64,000 nucleotides of DNA, taken from positions 1,623,849-1,687,848 of the forward strand of contig CBDBLX010000002.1 of the NCBI GenBank assembly GCA_965207445.1, read 5' to 3'. Below the pieces are notes generated by a model, which saw nothing but the letters and a program-made list of their open reading frames with translations, had not been told where the DNA came from and ran no database searches. Of this stretch, positions 22,561 to 32,561 are shown piece by piece. The stretch's first letter is position 1; the number at the start of each line of letters is the position of its first letter. This DNA comes from Nitrosopumilus sp. GTDB lineage: Archaea > Thermoproteota > Nitrososphaeria > Nitrososphaerales > Nitrosopumilaceae. The position numbers were made by a program, and so were the translations under genes.

Positions 22561-22763
22561 TACACTATCAAAGTAGTCAAGAAGAGATTGACTCGAAGAT
22601 CAACATAGTAGATGCCAACCTGAGATCGTGTAAGCATATCGTACTGATAAATGATCCGGACGTAGACGACACTGCATACAAGGAAGCTCATAACGCAATA
22701 CTGCAAGCCAGATGGATGCAACATAATGAGTTATCATGTTTACAGAATTGCACCAATTCTTGA
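22542..22763 (+). pseudogene. HEPN-like protein, probably C-terminally truncated
   Basis: Overlaps the MNT stop; AYKEAHNAILQA resembles the HEPN N-terminal helix; no RX4-6H motif follows. Confidence 0.55.
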
Positions 22764-22854
22764 TTCCCCATGTCAGTGGGGTGTAGAGCAATGCAGAGCA
22801 AATCAAGGCATGGATATATCTGATGATGCTATTTGGGTGTGTAAGAGGATGAGG

Positions 22855-22940
22855 CGCTGGGGGCGGGATTTGAACCCACATACGCTTGGGCGCGTACTCC
22901 CTCTTCAGAGGAGCGGCATGCCGAGTTAGCCGACCCCAGC
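22855..22940 (-). tRNA. Atypical tRNA: Ser-type body (long variable arm, G73) with GAA (Phe) anticodon
   Basis: Acceptor GCTGGGG/CCCCAGC, D-stem GGC/GCC, anticodon arm CTCCT-CTGAAGA-GGGAG, V-arm TACGC-GCCCAA-GCGTA, T-arm GTGGG-TTCAAAT-CCCGC, discriminator G. Confidence 0.9.
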
Positions 22941-22974
22941 AACCTTTTTTAACACACTTTGCTTAATACCCTAT
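22941..22974. promoter_or_regulatory. Putative divergent TATA boxes for the tRNA (-) and small RNA (+)
   Basis: Minus-strand TATTAAG about 22-28 nt before the tRNA 5' end; plus-strand TTTTAA about 24-29 nt before 22976. Confidence 0.5.
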
Positions 22975-23026
22975 AGGTGCACTAAAGAGGAGCAAATTGG
23001 GCGCGTACTCCAACAGCACCTTTTTT
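22975..23026 (+). ncRNA. Putative antisense small RNA to the adjacent atypical tRNA
   Basis: AGGTGC/GCACCT closing stem then T6; contains AGAGGAGC (=22907-22914) and TTGGGCGCGTACTCC (=22886-22900), both complementary to the tRNA transcript. Confidence 0.65.
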
Positions 23027-23134
23027 ATCATAACATCAGTTGACTACGACTCGTCTCATTTTTGTCATGAATCTCTTTAGACCCACTCAGTATAGGATTC
23101 GAGTCCCTTTTTGCCATCTTGTGTTGTTGCCGTC

Positions 23135-24501
23135 GTCAGTAGTTTGCAATATGTTTTATATGATTTTATTTGAATAATCTACAATGTAGTTAAATTTTAA
23201 TGATTATATTTAATCAAATCAAATAGAAAGTGTAACATATGGGAATATTCTAGTATTTCTGATTATATATGAAAAACTATGTATTAAAACATTAATATAA
23301 ATTATGAGAGGTAAATTATAAAGTTTTACAAAAACGATTCTTCAATTTTGGAGTAAAAAAATTAACCAGATATAACAACAAGTATGGCGTGGATGATTAT
23401 CTCGGTACACTTGCCACCATGTCACTTGACAACATGTGCGTAAATGCAGCAACACACAAAAGAAAACATAATGAGGCTAACTATTTTAGAAAAAGTGAGC
23501 GCATAAACATACCATCTGAAAATACTGTGCTCAAGTCTAAAGAGCTCAGATCTAGAACAGGTGAAACAGTGGGGTGACGAGAATATCAAATGTTTAACAA
23601 TGCCAAAAAACACAACATGCTCAAAAAAGGCAAACACCATTGCAATTGATGAGCAGATGGGAATATTATGGCAAGGCACTTAAATCTGAGATGCTAAAAA
23701 CAAAACACAATAATGGTACTAGGATTTCATTCATTTATGACAGCGCAAATGATGAACCACGCAGGTAATTGTTTGCAAATCGTGTGACCAATAATGATAA
23801 AATGGTCGCAGTCATGCGTAAAATTATTGAAAAATTAATTCGAGAGCATACACGTCCGGAACTTGTCCTCTTTGATCGAGGTTTTTACAACGTTGCATGT
23901 ATAGAAGAACTTTTGCGCCTGCCTTTCATAATACTAGCAATTAAAAATAAGCGTATATAAAAGTATATTTTAAAAGTTCACAACAAAAAAAGAAAACCTG
24001 CATCAATTATTGAGATGTGTGACAAAAACAAAAAACAGCAAGTTTACATTACTTGTCATCAAAAAAAAACAACGTCAAAAAAACTGATGAAATAATCGAT
24101 CAGTATGTAACATTGGCCACAAATATGAAAATCACTAACAAAAGCAAACTCATCAAAACCATCCCAGAGACTTGTTGCAAGCGCTGGATAATAGAGACAG
24201 GATTATAGTGATAAAAAATACTACTCCAAAGACAACTAGCAACGCCTTGTAGGTTCGATTATTGTTGATATTTTTTGGAGTGTTGCTATGTGGTTTGTGG
24301 GCAATGGTAAGATACGAAAATTACGACGTACTTGCAAATGAAAAATTATTCACAATGGATACTTTATGGATTCAATTGCCGGATTGATCAGAGGACTGCT
24401 TTGATAGGAACTAAAACAGAATAGTTACTTGCCAATAAATCTACCGCACTGTATAATTAGAAATAAGATCATTAGAATTGGGCACATTGTGAACTACTGA
24501 T
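23135..24501 (+). mobile_element. ISH3-like (IS4 superfamily) element, transposase pseudogenised
   Basis: TIRs TCAGTAGTT(T/C)(G/A)CAAT; LFDRGFYNV and KRWIIETG motifs in broken frames; second copy at 62122-63511. Confidence 0.85.
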
Positions 24502-24650
24502 TTTAATTAGAAAAACGTTGTGACATCGGGATTAAAAACAAATTCATTTTACAAGTTATTTAATCAAATGTAATTACGTTGAATTTGTATCCAAAATTAT
24601 ATGCTAAATGGCATTGCTAAATGACATTGCTAAATGATATGCTAAATGAT

Positions 24651-26258
24651 TCAAGAAGCATTTTTGTCTTGTAACATCTTTTTGAGCATAATACGGTTCA
24701 TACCCTCAATTACAGCCTTTACGCTAGTAGTGACTATATCCTTGCCAATTGACTTTGCAGAAGCAGAGTTGCCATTGTCATCCTCAACAGATATCGTAAC
24801 CTCACATAGTGCAGCAGAACCACCCGATATAGAGGCAAGTCCATAATCTTTAATGTGCATATGTGTAGTCTTGTCAATAATACGCTCAATTGCATTGAAT
24901 GCCGCATCAACAGGTCCCTGTCCATAGTCCGTACCAGAGAATTCAGAACCATCAATGTCAAGTTTTACAAACGCATAAGGCATAGTACCAATTCCAGTAG
25001 ACACTGAAAATCCAGTCAGATTGACAAGTCTTTTTATTCCACTATCCCCTAAAATATCACTTGCAAAGGACAAAAGCTCAACATCAGTAATGATCTTGCC
25101 CTCATCACCAAGTGACTTTACACGCTCTAATATCGCCTGTGCTTGCTTCTCATCAGGTGTAATACCATATTCTTTGAGCATTGCATTCATACCATGTAGT
25201 CCCGCATGCTTTCCTACATGAAGCCAACGTTTCCGGCCCACAATCTCAGGGCTTATTGGCTCATATGTTAATGGGTTATTTAGTATGCCATGTGTGTGTA
25301 TGCCAGACTCATGGCCAAATGCATTCTCACCCACAATTGCCTTGTTTGGTTGCACCTGGATGCCAACCACACTTGCCAAGTACCGTGATGTGTCATAGAG
25401 TTTTTCGGAGATTATGTTAGTCTCATATGTGATCTCCTCATCACCACTCAGAGTTGTATGTGCAAGACACTGCAATGCCATTGAGAGTTCCTCAAGTGAT
25501 GCATTGCCTGCACGCTCACCTATTCCATTGATCGTAACGTGTGCACACACTGCACCAGCGTTTATTCCAGACAAAGCATTAGCAACTGCAAGCCCAAAGT
25601 CATTGTGACAATGCACACTAACAGGCAAGTTTGACGCTTTTATAGCATCTTTTGTGATTGTTGCCATATATTGTGGAGTGGAATATCCAACAGTATCAGG
25701 AATGTCAATTCTATCAGCACCAGCAGCTGCGACTGCTGTAAATACCTCGCCGAGAAATTTACGATCAGTGCGAGTAGCATCTTCAGCAGAAAATTCCACC
25801 TGCATGCCTCTGGACTTTGCATATTCCACAGCATCAACAGCCCTTTCCAAGGCATCGACTCTGCTCATCTTTAACTTGTACTGTAGATGAATATCTGATG
25901 TTGCAATAAATGTATGCACATATGATAGTCCCGCATCAGCAGCAGAGTCAATATCCTTGCGGTTTGCGCGTGCAAGGCCTGCAATCTCACAGGAGAGTCC
26001 ATCAGAGGCAATCATAGATACTGCCTTGTGCTCTCCTTTTGAGATGACAGGAAAACCTGCTTCAATGGCATCAACACCAAGATCATCTAGTCTACGTGCA
26101 ATTGCAAGTTTTTGATCAGGGGATAATGATATTCCAGGTGTCTGTTCGCCATCGCGTAGTGTAGTATCAAAAATTCGTATGTGTTTTTTTGTTGTGTTTG
26201 TGGTTGTGTCTGTTGTTGTTGTTGTTGTTGTTTTATCAGTTTGCACATCAGGTGACAT
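24651..26258 (-). CDS. leuA: 2-isopropylmalate synthase (LeuA/CimA family)
   Basis: FDTTLRDGEQ, HCHNDFG, GIGERAGN, C-terminal regulatory domain GPVDA. Confidence 0.92.
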   Translation of the reverse strand: MSPDVQTDKTTTTTTTDTTTNTTKKHIRIFDTTLRDGEQTPGISLSPDQKLAIARRLDDLGVDAIEAGFPVISKGEHKAVSMIASDGLSCEIAGLARANRKDIDSAADAGLSYVHTFIATSDIHLQYKLKMSRVDALERAVDAVEYAKSRGMQVEFSAEDATRTDRKFLGEVFTAVAAAGADRIDIPDTVGYSTPQYMATITKDAIKASNLPVSVHCHNDFGLAVANALSGINAGAVCAHVTINGIGERAGNASLEELSMALQCLAHTTLSGDEEITYETNIISEKLYDTSRYLASVVGIQVQPNKAIVGENAFGHESGIHTHGILNNPLTYEPISPEIVGRKRWLHVGKHAGLHGMNAMLKEYGITPDEKQAQAILERVKSLGDEGKIITDVELLSFASDILGDSGIKRLVNLTGFSVSTGIGTMPYAFVKLDIDGSEFSGTDYGQGPVDAAFNAIERIIDKTTHMHIKDYGLASISGGSAALCEVTISVEDDNGNSASAKSIGKDIVTTSVKAVIEGMNRIMLKKMLQDKNAS

Positions 26259-26758
26259 TACACACCACTCCTAGCCAACGCTGCAACTCCAGTCCTTGCA
26301 ACATCTATAATACCAAATGGTGTTGCCAACTCTTCAAACGCGCGTATCTGATCAGGAGTTGCAGTCAATTCTACCATAATAGAGTCACGCTTTACATCAT
26401 GTACCTTGCCGCCATACGCGCTTGCCATCTTGTTTATCTCCATACTATCACTTGCTTGATTAATTTTAATACGAAATATGCACAATTCACGATACACAGT
26501 CATATTCTCATCTAGTCGCTCCACATGGACTACATCGATCATCTTGTCAAGTTGTTTTACAATTTGCTCAATCTGTCGTATATCTCCATATGTGGTAATA
26601 GTCATTTTAGAGTACTCTGGATTTGTCATAGGACCAACTGAGATACTATCGATGTTAAAATTGCGTGCCCGAAACATATGAGTCACCTTGAATAATATGC
26701 CAGGCTTATTCTCGACTCTTAATGATAAAATTGCCCACATTTTAGCATCATTGACCAT
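26258..26758 (-). CDS. ilvH: Acetolactate synthase small subunit
   Basis: ACT domain ENKPGIL...FNIDSISV, KQLDK, ARTG. Confidence 0.95.
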   Translation of the reverse strand: MVNDAKMWAILSLRVENKPGILFKVTHMFRARNFNIDSISVGPMTNPEYSKMTITTYGDIRQIEQIVKQLDKMIDVVHVERLDENMTVYRELCIFRIKINQASDSMEINKMASAYGGKVHDVKRDSIMVELTATPDQIRAFEELATPFGIIDVARTGVAALARSGV

Positions 26759-26790
26759 ACATCACTTACACACACATCATAATTATACCA

Positions 26791-28500
26791 TTACGATGGC
26801 AATATCATATCTTTGAGAGGTGTACCAGGGGCAACAAATGGAAGGACATCCTCTTCGGGATCAATTGGTATGTCAATTACAGTAGCAACATTGCTATGTA
26901 GCGCCGTCTTTATTGCAGAGTCAAGTTCTGACATTGACTGCGCCCGCAATCCTTGCGCACCATACGATTCAGCAAGTTTAACATAATCAGGACATTTACC
27001 TTGGTCAACTCCAATCATGCGGCGGTCATAAAATGTTCGCTGCCACTGTGCAACCATACCAAGTGAATAGTTGTTTATCAAAAATACAATAACTGGAATA
27101 TCCTCCAAAACCGCAGTTGCAAGAGAGTTCTCAGTCATATTAAAACTACCATCACCTGCAATGTCAACTACATGAACATTAGGACGTGCCACCTTTGCAC
27201 CAATTGCAGCAGGAAATCCCCATCCCATGGTACCAAGTCCAGTAGAGCTGAAAAATGTGCCAGGATTTATCACATCAAAGAATAAAGACGCCCACATTTG
27301 GTGTTGTCCTACCTCAGTAGTTACTATAGAGTCAGCAGGTAATAACTCACGTAGTTTACGCAGTATCTTGGCCGCCCCCATCTCACCAGGGTGTATCTTG
27401 AGGTTCTCTTTCCAGTATGATTTTGTATCTTTGACATTTTTGAGCCATGTCGTATTTGTAGTAATTTGAGGTTTGTTCTGTAATAGCTTTAGCATTATAC
27501 GTAGCGACGCTTTTACATCACCGACCACAGCAACACTTGTTGTCTGATTCTTTCCAATCTCAGCAGGGTCAACATCCATGTGAATGATCTTGCGATGGTG
27601 CTCAAAGTCATCAAATGTTCCAATAGAACGATCAGAGAATCTCGTACCGATTGCCAAAACACAGTCTGCTTGATCAATTATCTTGTTTGCTTCTGCATGA
27701 CCATGCATACCAATTGGACCTAGTGATAATGGGTGATTTTCAGGAAATGCACCCTTACCTTTGAATGTGGTCACTACAGGTATCATCAATAACTCTGCTA
27801 CTGCTTGCAGTTCTGCAAAAGCAGACGATATTATAGTGCCACCACCTGCCAATATGACAGGTCGCTCAGAATTTAACAGCATGGTAATTGATCGCTCGAC
27901 ATTTTTAACATCAGGATCGGTCCATGGATGATACCCACGTATGTTAAACTCATCAATAAATTTCATGTCTGCTTTGTTTGACTGCACATCCTTTGGAATA
28001 TCGATTAGAACAGGTCCTGGCCTGCCAGTCTCTGCAATAAAGAATCCTTTTTTGACACATTCAGGTATCTGTTTTGCATCTCTAGGCTGAAACGCGTATT
28101 TAACGACTGGGTTTGTCATACCAATTATATCACTCTCCTGAAACGCGTCTTTGCCTATCATATCCACCATTACTTGACCCGTCACTGCCACCATTGGTGC
28201 AGAATCGGCCTGTGCAGTAGCAATTCCAGTCAGTATATTAGTAGCACCAGGACCAGATGTTGCAAAACAGACACCAGGCTTGCGACTTACTCTGCCAAAA
28301 CCATCTGCCATATGAGCAGCAGATTGCTCGTGTCGTACTAGTATGTGACGTATATCGCATCGTGCAAATTCATCATACATTGGTAAATTAGCGCCACCAG
28401 GAAGTCCAAAGACTTGTTTTACACCCTCATTTTCCATTGCGACCATTAATGCTTTTGCACCACTCATATGCAGAGATTGCTCTAAAAGATCACTAGTCAA
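26791..28500 (-). CDS. ilvB: Acetolactate synthase large subunit
   Basis: RHEQ, TSGPGATN, GRPGPV, ThDP motif GDGSF...NN. Confidence 0.96.
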   Translation of the reverse strand: MTSDLLEQSLHMSGAKALMVAMENEGVKQVFGLPGGANLPMYDEFARCDIRHILVRHEQSAAHMADGFGRVSRKPGVCFATSGPGATNILTGIATAQADSAPMVAVTGQVMVDMIGKDAFQESDIIGMTNPVVKYAFQPRDAKQIPECVKKGFFIAETGRPGPVLIDIPKDVQSNKADMKFIDEFNIRGYHPWTDPDVKNVERSITMLLNSERPVILAGGGTIISSAFAELQAVAELLMIPVVTTFKGKGAFPENHPLSLGPIGMHGHAEANKIIDQADCVLAIGTRFSDRSIGTFDDFEHHRKIIHMDVDPAEIGKNQTTSVAVVGDVKASLRIMLKLLQNKPQITTNTTWLKNVKDTKSYWKENLKIHPGEMGAAKILRKLRELLPADSIVTTEVGQHQMWASLFFDVINPGTFFSSTGLGTMGWGFPAAIGAKVARPNVHVVDIAGDGSFNMTENSLATAVLEDIPVIVFLINNYSLGMVAQWQRTFYDRRMIGVDQGKCPDYVKLAESYGAQGLRAQSMSELDSAIKTALHSNVATVIDIPIDPEEDVLPFVAPGTPLKDMILPS

Positions 28501-28622
28501 TGCAACACCGTCTCAAATATTGTGGGGTTTTGGCAATGTAAATGACACTCAAGTATGGCATGTTTGCATGATAGATGTACAACTGAGTTGTCTTGTAATT
28601 TGTCTGACAAGTTTATATTCAT
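28497..28622 (-). CDS. Possible 41-aa leader ORF overlapping the ilvB start
   Basis: MNINLSDKLQDNSVVHLSCKHAILECHLHCQNPTIFETVLH*; its TGA overlaps the ilvB TTG (TTGA). Confidence 0.35.
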   Translation of the reverse strand: MNINLSDKLQDNSVVHLSCKHAILECHLHCQNPTIFETVLH

Positions 28623-28853
28623 AATTGAATCACAAAAATAACGCACATTGCACATAATAAAGGTTTTATTTTAATTAATGTGAGCCTCATGTCGGTGCCA
28701 GACGTTACGGCAAATTTATGCCTAAATTTGAAAAAGGGTTAAATGAATAGATGTTGTTGTTGTTGTTGTTATGAAACATAAAACAACAGTATCATTGCAA
28801 TTACATTGTATAAGCAATGCTGATAATTCTAAAAATCATAGAATCAAGTCATC

Positions 28854-29001
28854 GTGTAAACCAAGCTCTTTGAACGCAATAATGAAATTTCATACCTGTA
28901 TTTGGTCACATTTATGTTTACATATCAGGTATCGTGCATATGATACATTTAGCTGGGAGTTATTTTAAATGATTATACCAATCATAGAGCTGGGTTTACA
29001 C
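28854..29001 (-). mobile_element. MITE family A (148 bp) with perfect 8-bp target duplication
   Basis: AAGTCATC at 28846-28853 and 29002-29009; near-identical to the reverse complement of 2759-2906. Confidence 0.93.
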
Positions 29002-29284
29002 AAGTCATCTTTTACAGACAGTAATTTTTGCGCGTATACATTGTACATCTAAAAAGTACTGCACATACACTAACATCAAATCCCACTAATAGCAAAAAAA
29101 TTGGTATAACAACATTTTGAGTCTCAAGTATTATTCAGAGTGAAAACAGTATCAAAAAAAAATTTTTTATCATTCATACTATATTATGAATTCAAATAAA
29201 ATGTATATATAAATTTCTATTAACTAAATTCACAAAAAACGCATATCCATAAAACTTAAACAATAATCAAAGAAAAAATTCTCT

Positions 29285-29689
29285 ATGGGGCAAAGTGCCG
29301 AAATAATTAATGTCATAGAAGAATTTTTCAAAGCAGGTGTCACAAAAGACATGTCACGGCTCAGAGACATACAGCTTGATGATTCAAGATTCTCTAGTTT
29401 TAGTGACTTGCCACCGTATGATCTTAAAGAGTATAAAGAGACAATAGAGTTAGAAGAGTTACGATTTGTAAGCATATCAGACTATTCATACGAGGTAAAA
29501 AATCCAAAGATAAGTGTCTATGATGATAAGATGGCAGTAGTAGCAGCAGAATTAGCTCAAACAGGCATGCTTGTAAATAACAAAGCATTTACAGGAGAAT
29601 ATATGACGATACAAGGACGTGTGACGTTTGTTTTGATAAAAAGTGATTTGTGGAAGATCGTACATATACATTTATCTAGAATAGATTAA
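29285..29689 (+). CDS. NTF2/SnoaL-like protein
   Basis: C-terminal GRVTFVLIK..WKIVHIHLS. Confidence 0.8.
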   Translation: MGQSAEIINVIEEFFKAGVTKDMSRLRDIQLDDSRFSSFSDLPPYDLKEYKETIELEELRFVSISDYSYEVKNPKISVYDDKMAVVAAELAQTGMLVNNKAFTGEYMTIQGRVTFVLIKSDLWKIVHIHLSRID

Positions 29690-29756
29690 AAATATACATA
29701 TTTGTGCAAAGATAATTTATGAAAAATATAATTACATATGGTTAAAACACAAAAGA

Positions 29757-30746
29757 TCAATGGTTTGGTTTTGCAGCTGCCAAATCAAGATACATCTTGT
29801 ATGCACTCTCAACTGTATTATTACCATGTACAATTGAACGAACAGCACGAATCATTGCAACTGGATTATTTGATTGCCAAATATTACGCCCCATATCAAC
29901 CCCTACAGCACCACCCTGAATAGAGTTGTATGTTAATTCCAATGCATCACGCTCCGGAATCTTCTTGCCCCCTGCCACAATAATTGGAACTGGACAAGAC
30001 TTTGTGACTCGCTCAAAATCATCACAATAATACGTCTTGACAATATGAGCACCTTGTTCGGCTGCAATTCTACATGCAAGTGATAGGTAGCGAGCATCTT
30101 TGCCAAGATCTTTTCCAACTGCAGTGACAGCAAGTACAGGAATACCATATTCTTGTGCTTGATTTACCAGATTTCCAAGATTTACTATAGTCTGATATTC
30201 ATACTTTGATCCTACAAATATTGATAATGCCAATGCAGACGCATTGAGTCTAATAGCATCTTTGATGGATACTGTAATGTCTTCTTGAGATAAATCATCA
30301 CCTATGATGCTTGACCCACCAGACACGCGCAAAACCATAGGGGTTCTAGTAGTTGCAGGAACAGAGGTGCGTTGAATACCGCGTGTTAACATCAACGAGT
30401 CACAGTACCGTAACAGAGGCGCAATAACCTTGGCAGGCTCTTCTAATCTTTCAGTTGGTCCTAAAAAGTAGCCATGATCCACTGCAAGCATTAATGCACG
30501 GTTATTAAATGGTCGAATAATTGATGCAAGGCGGTTCTCCAAACCCCAATCAGAGTTACCAAGTCGCACAGTGTGAGATGGGGTATATTTTACCTGAGTA
30601 GTATCAGTTGGATGTTTTTCTGATATATTGTTTGAGGTAGAAAATGTTTTTTGTTTTGGGTTTTGGTTCTTTGGGTTTTGGTTCTTTGGGTTTTGGTTCT
30701 TAGTATCAACAGACTTTGTAGGGTTTTGTTGGGGTTTTGTTTTCAA
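29757..30746 (-). CDS. lsrF: Class I aldolase/thiolase, DhnA/LsrF family
   Basis: MLAVDHGYFLGP, AHIVKTYY, VAGG, GVDMGRNIWQ; N-terminal NPKNQ repeats. Confidence 0.85.
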   Translation of the reverse strand: MKTKPQQNPTKSVDTKNQNPKNQNPKNQNPKQKTFSTSNNISEKHPTDTTQVKYTPSHTVRLGNSDWGLENRLASIIRPFNNRALMLAVDHGYFLGPTERLEEPAKVIAPLLRYCDSLMLTRGIQRTSVPATTRTPMVLRVSGGSSIIGDDLSQEDITVSIKDAIRLNASALALSIFVGSKYEYQTIVNLGNLVNQAQEYGIPVLAVTAVGKDLGKDARYLSLACRIAAEQGAHIVKTYYCDDFERVTKSCPVPIIVAGGKKIPERDALELTYNSIQGGAVGVDMGRNIWQSNNPVAMIRAVRSIVHGNNTVESAYKMYLDLAAAKPNH

Positions 30747-31231
30747 AAAGCATCACAACACAAACAATTCAACACTAGTCATCAAAAGCGCACTATTAGA
30801 TATGCATCGATATTGTAGAGATTGATGCCACTTTGGACTATCAATAGATATATGGATATACACGCCATAATTATTCTCACAGTTCAATATTTAAAGCAAA
30901 ATTACATAACATATAATCCTAGATAATAACATAAAAATGATCAATTATTTAAAACTATTCAACACAATTAATCGAGAATTATATAGAAAAGTAGACAAGC
31001 ACAATCTATAATGCCTCGCGTCTTTTACTTCAAGCACTGTGGTACTTTTTCAGATCATACATCCTGGTTAAAGTCAAAGACGCGCTGTGGGTTCTCTTGC
31101 AAACACGGTTGATCAGTGTTTATATGAACTTTTTATCTGGATTTGGTATTTGAGGCTGAAAAATGTAAATTTTTAGTACTTTATTGCGTGACTGTGACGA
31201 TAGTTTGGAATATGGATAGTTGGAGTCAGTA

Positions 31232-32330
31232 TCAAAAAGACAAACAGGGGTGGTTCATCTTGAAGAAATTGAAGTGTACACCAAAAATGATAGTTTGATT
31301 TGGCATCAAAACACAAACAGATGTAGAGTGTTTGTGTATATGATGTGTAATGTGCAGAATCTGACAATTCAGGTGGAGGCATGTATGGATGCGTTTTGGA
31401 TGAGTGTTATCCACATATCACAACTATCTGCAAGATCAGAGCCTTTTACTGGTATAATGTCAATTTTAATTGCCTTGGCAGGTGTCATGTTGTTTTTGAG
31501 GCTTGTGTGTTTTCTAAAAAAGTTATGGTGTATTATGATCAGACGTAAGAGTCCGGGGGTCCTCTGATTTTAGTCCACGTACACACTTGAGCCTATCCTC
31601 AAATTCTCCGTTGAGTCGTTCGTAGACGTTATTTTGATTAAAAAGGTTCTGTATGTGTTGTATCTTGCGTATGTGTACAAACACCGATCTCGCTCGTCTA
31701 AAGAATACTTTTCTGGCAGGCTTTATGAAATCTTGCAGTCCATCACTTACAAGTATGTGTGGTAGCCTACGCGTACAGGTAGCAGCCATTTGAAACAGGT
31801 TAGTGGGATCAGATCCCTTTTTGTTCTTGAGAATCGGGGGATAAAATAATAAATCGACTTGTGCCATACATCACACCAAACAGATATCGGGTCTGTTTGC
31901 ATATTTTAAATTCTAATTCGTCGACATGCCACTGAAACCATGCATCAAGACACAATAACCTTGAGAACCGTAGCATGATTCGCGAATACTCATCAGTCCA
32001 TCTATGTATTGTAGATGGGTTTACAATGATATCATCCATTGCAAGATACACACATACTTTTTCTGGAGACATTTTAGTTACCATTATGGTGGACAGCGCC
32101 CCTGCTATTACGAATGCATCAAAATGCCACACCTCCTTGAACCTTTCCATGCTAGAGAATGTAGGGCCACATTTTTTGCACATGTATCTACAATCAGTGT
32201 AAATCTAGAATATAGAGAGAATGTTGTGACTTTTGATATAGTGTCACAGAAGCGTCTTTTGTCATTTAAGGAATCAGGATCCATCTTGAAAATCATAGTG
32301 TGTTGTGAGATGGTAGACTCGTTGTAAACG
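31232..32330 (-). pseudogene. IS6-family transposase, multiply frameshifted
   Basis: CKKCG Zn ribbon, TIHRW, WHVDE, LVSDGL, NNVYERLNG, HNFFRKH across frames. Confidence 0.8.
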
Positions 32331-32561
32331 TGTGGTAGTTTTTCACGAGATGTCGGGCCGCTAGGCCCGACTGTATGTGGGGAGGAGTCATTAGGTCTTT
32401 GTGTGAATTGAGAGAAGTATCATCAAATAACTCTTGTGGTCAGAAATGTAATTTATGAAGAAAAATGCGGTGCCCGAGTGTATTGACGATTTACTCTTCT
32501 GATGGGTACCGTAATTATATTAAGAGACAAATCTAATAAAAACATTGTCGGGATCGCCTAG

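Noticed and set aside
22855..22940. Reading the tRNA as Ser(UGA), or as an opal suppressor for the in-frame TGA codons
   Set aside because: Centring TGA breaks the anticodon stem and puts C at position 33; a suppressor would need UCA. Only GAA gives a 5-bp stem and 7-nt loop
22986..23011. tRNA-matching blocks as an integrase att-site duplication
   Set aside because: The blocks are discontinuous, permuted, upstream of the tRNA 5' end and enclosed by a stem plus T-run; no integrase is nearby. Disfavoured, not fully excluded
23090..23116. AGGATTCGAGTCCCT...GCCA resembling a tRNA T-arm
   Set aside because: No acceptor, D or anticodon arm can be folded around it
24602..24649. TGCTAAATG(A/G)CAT-like short tandem repeat after leuA
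   Set aside because: Consistent with the general slippage pattern; no sign of function
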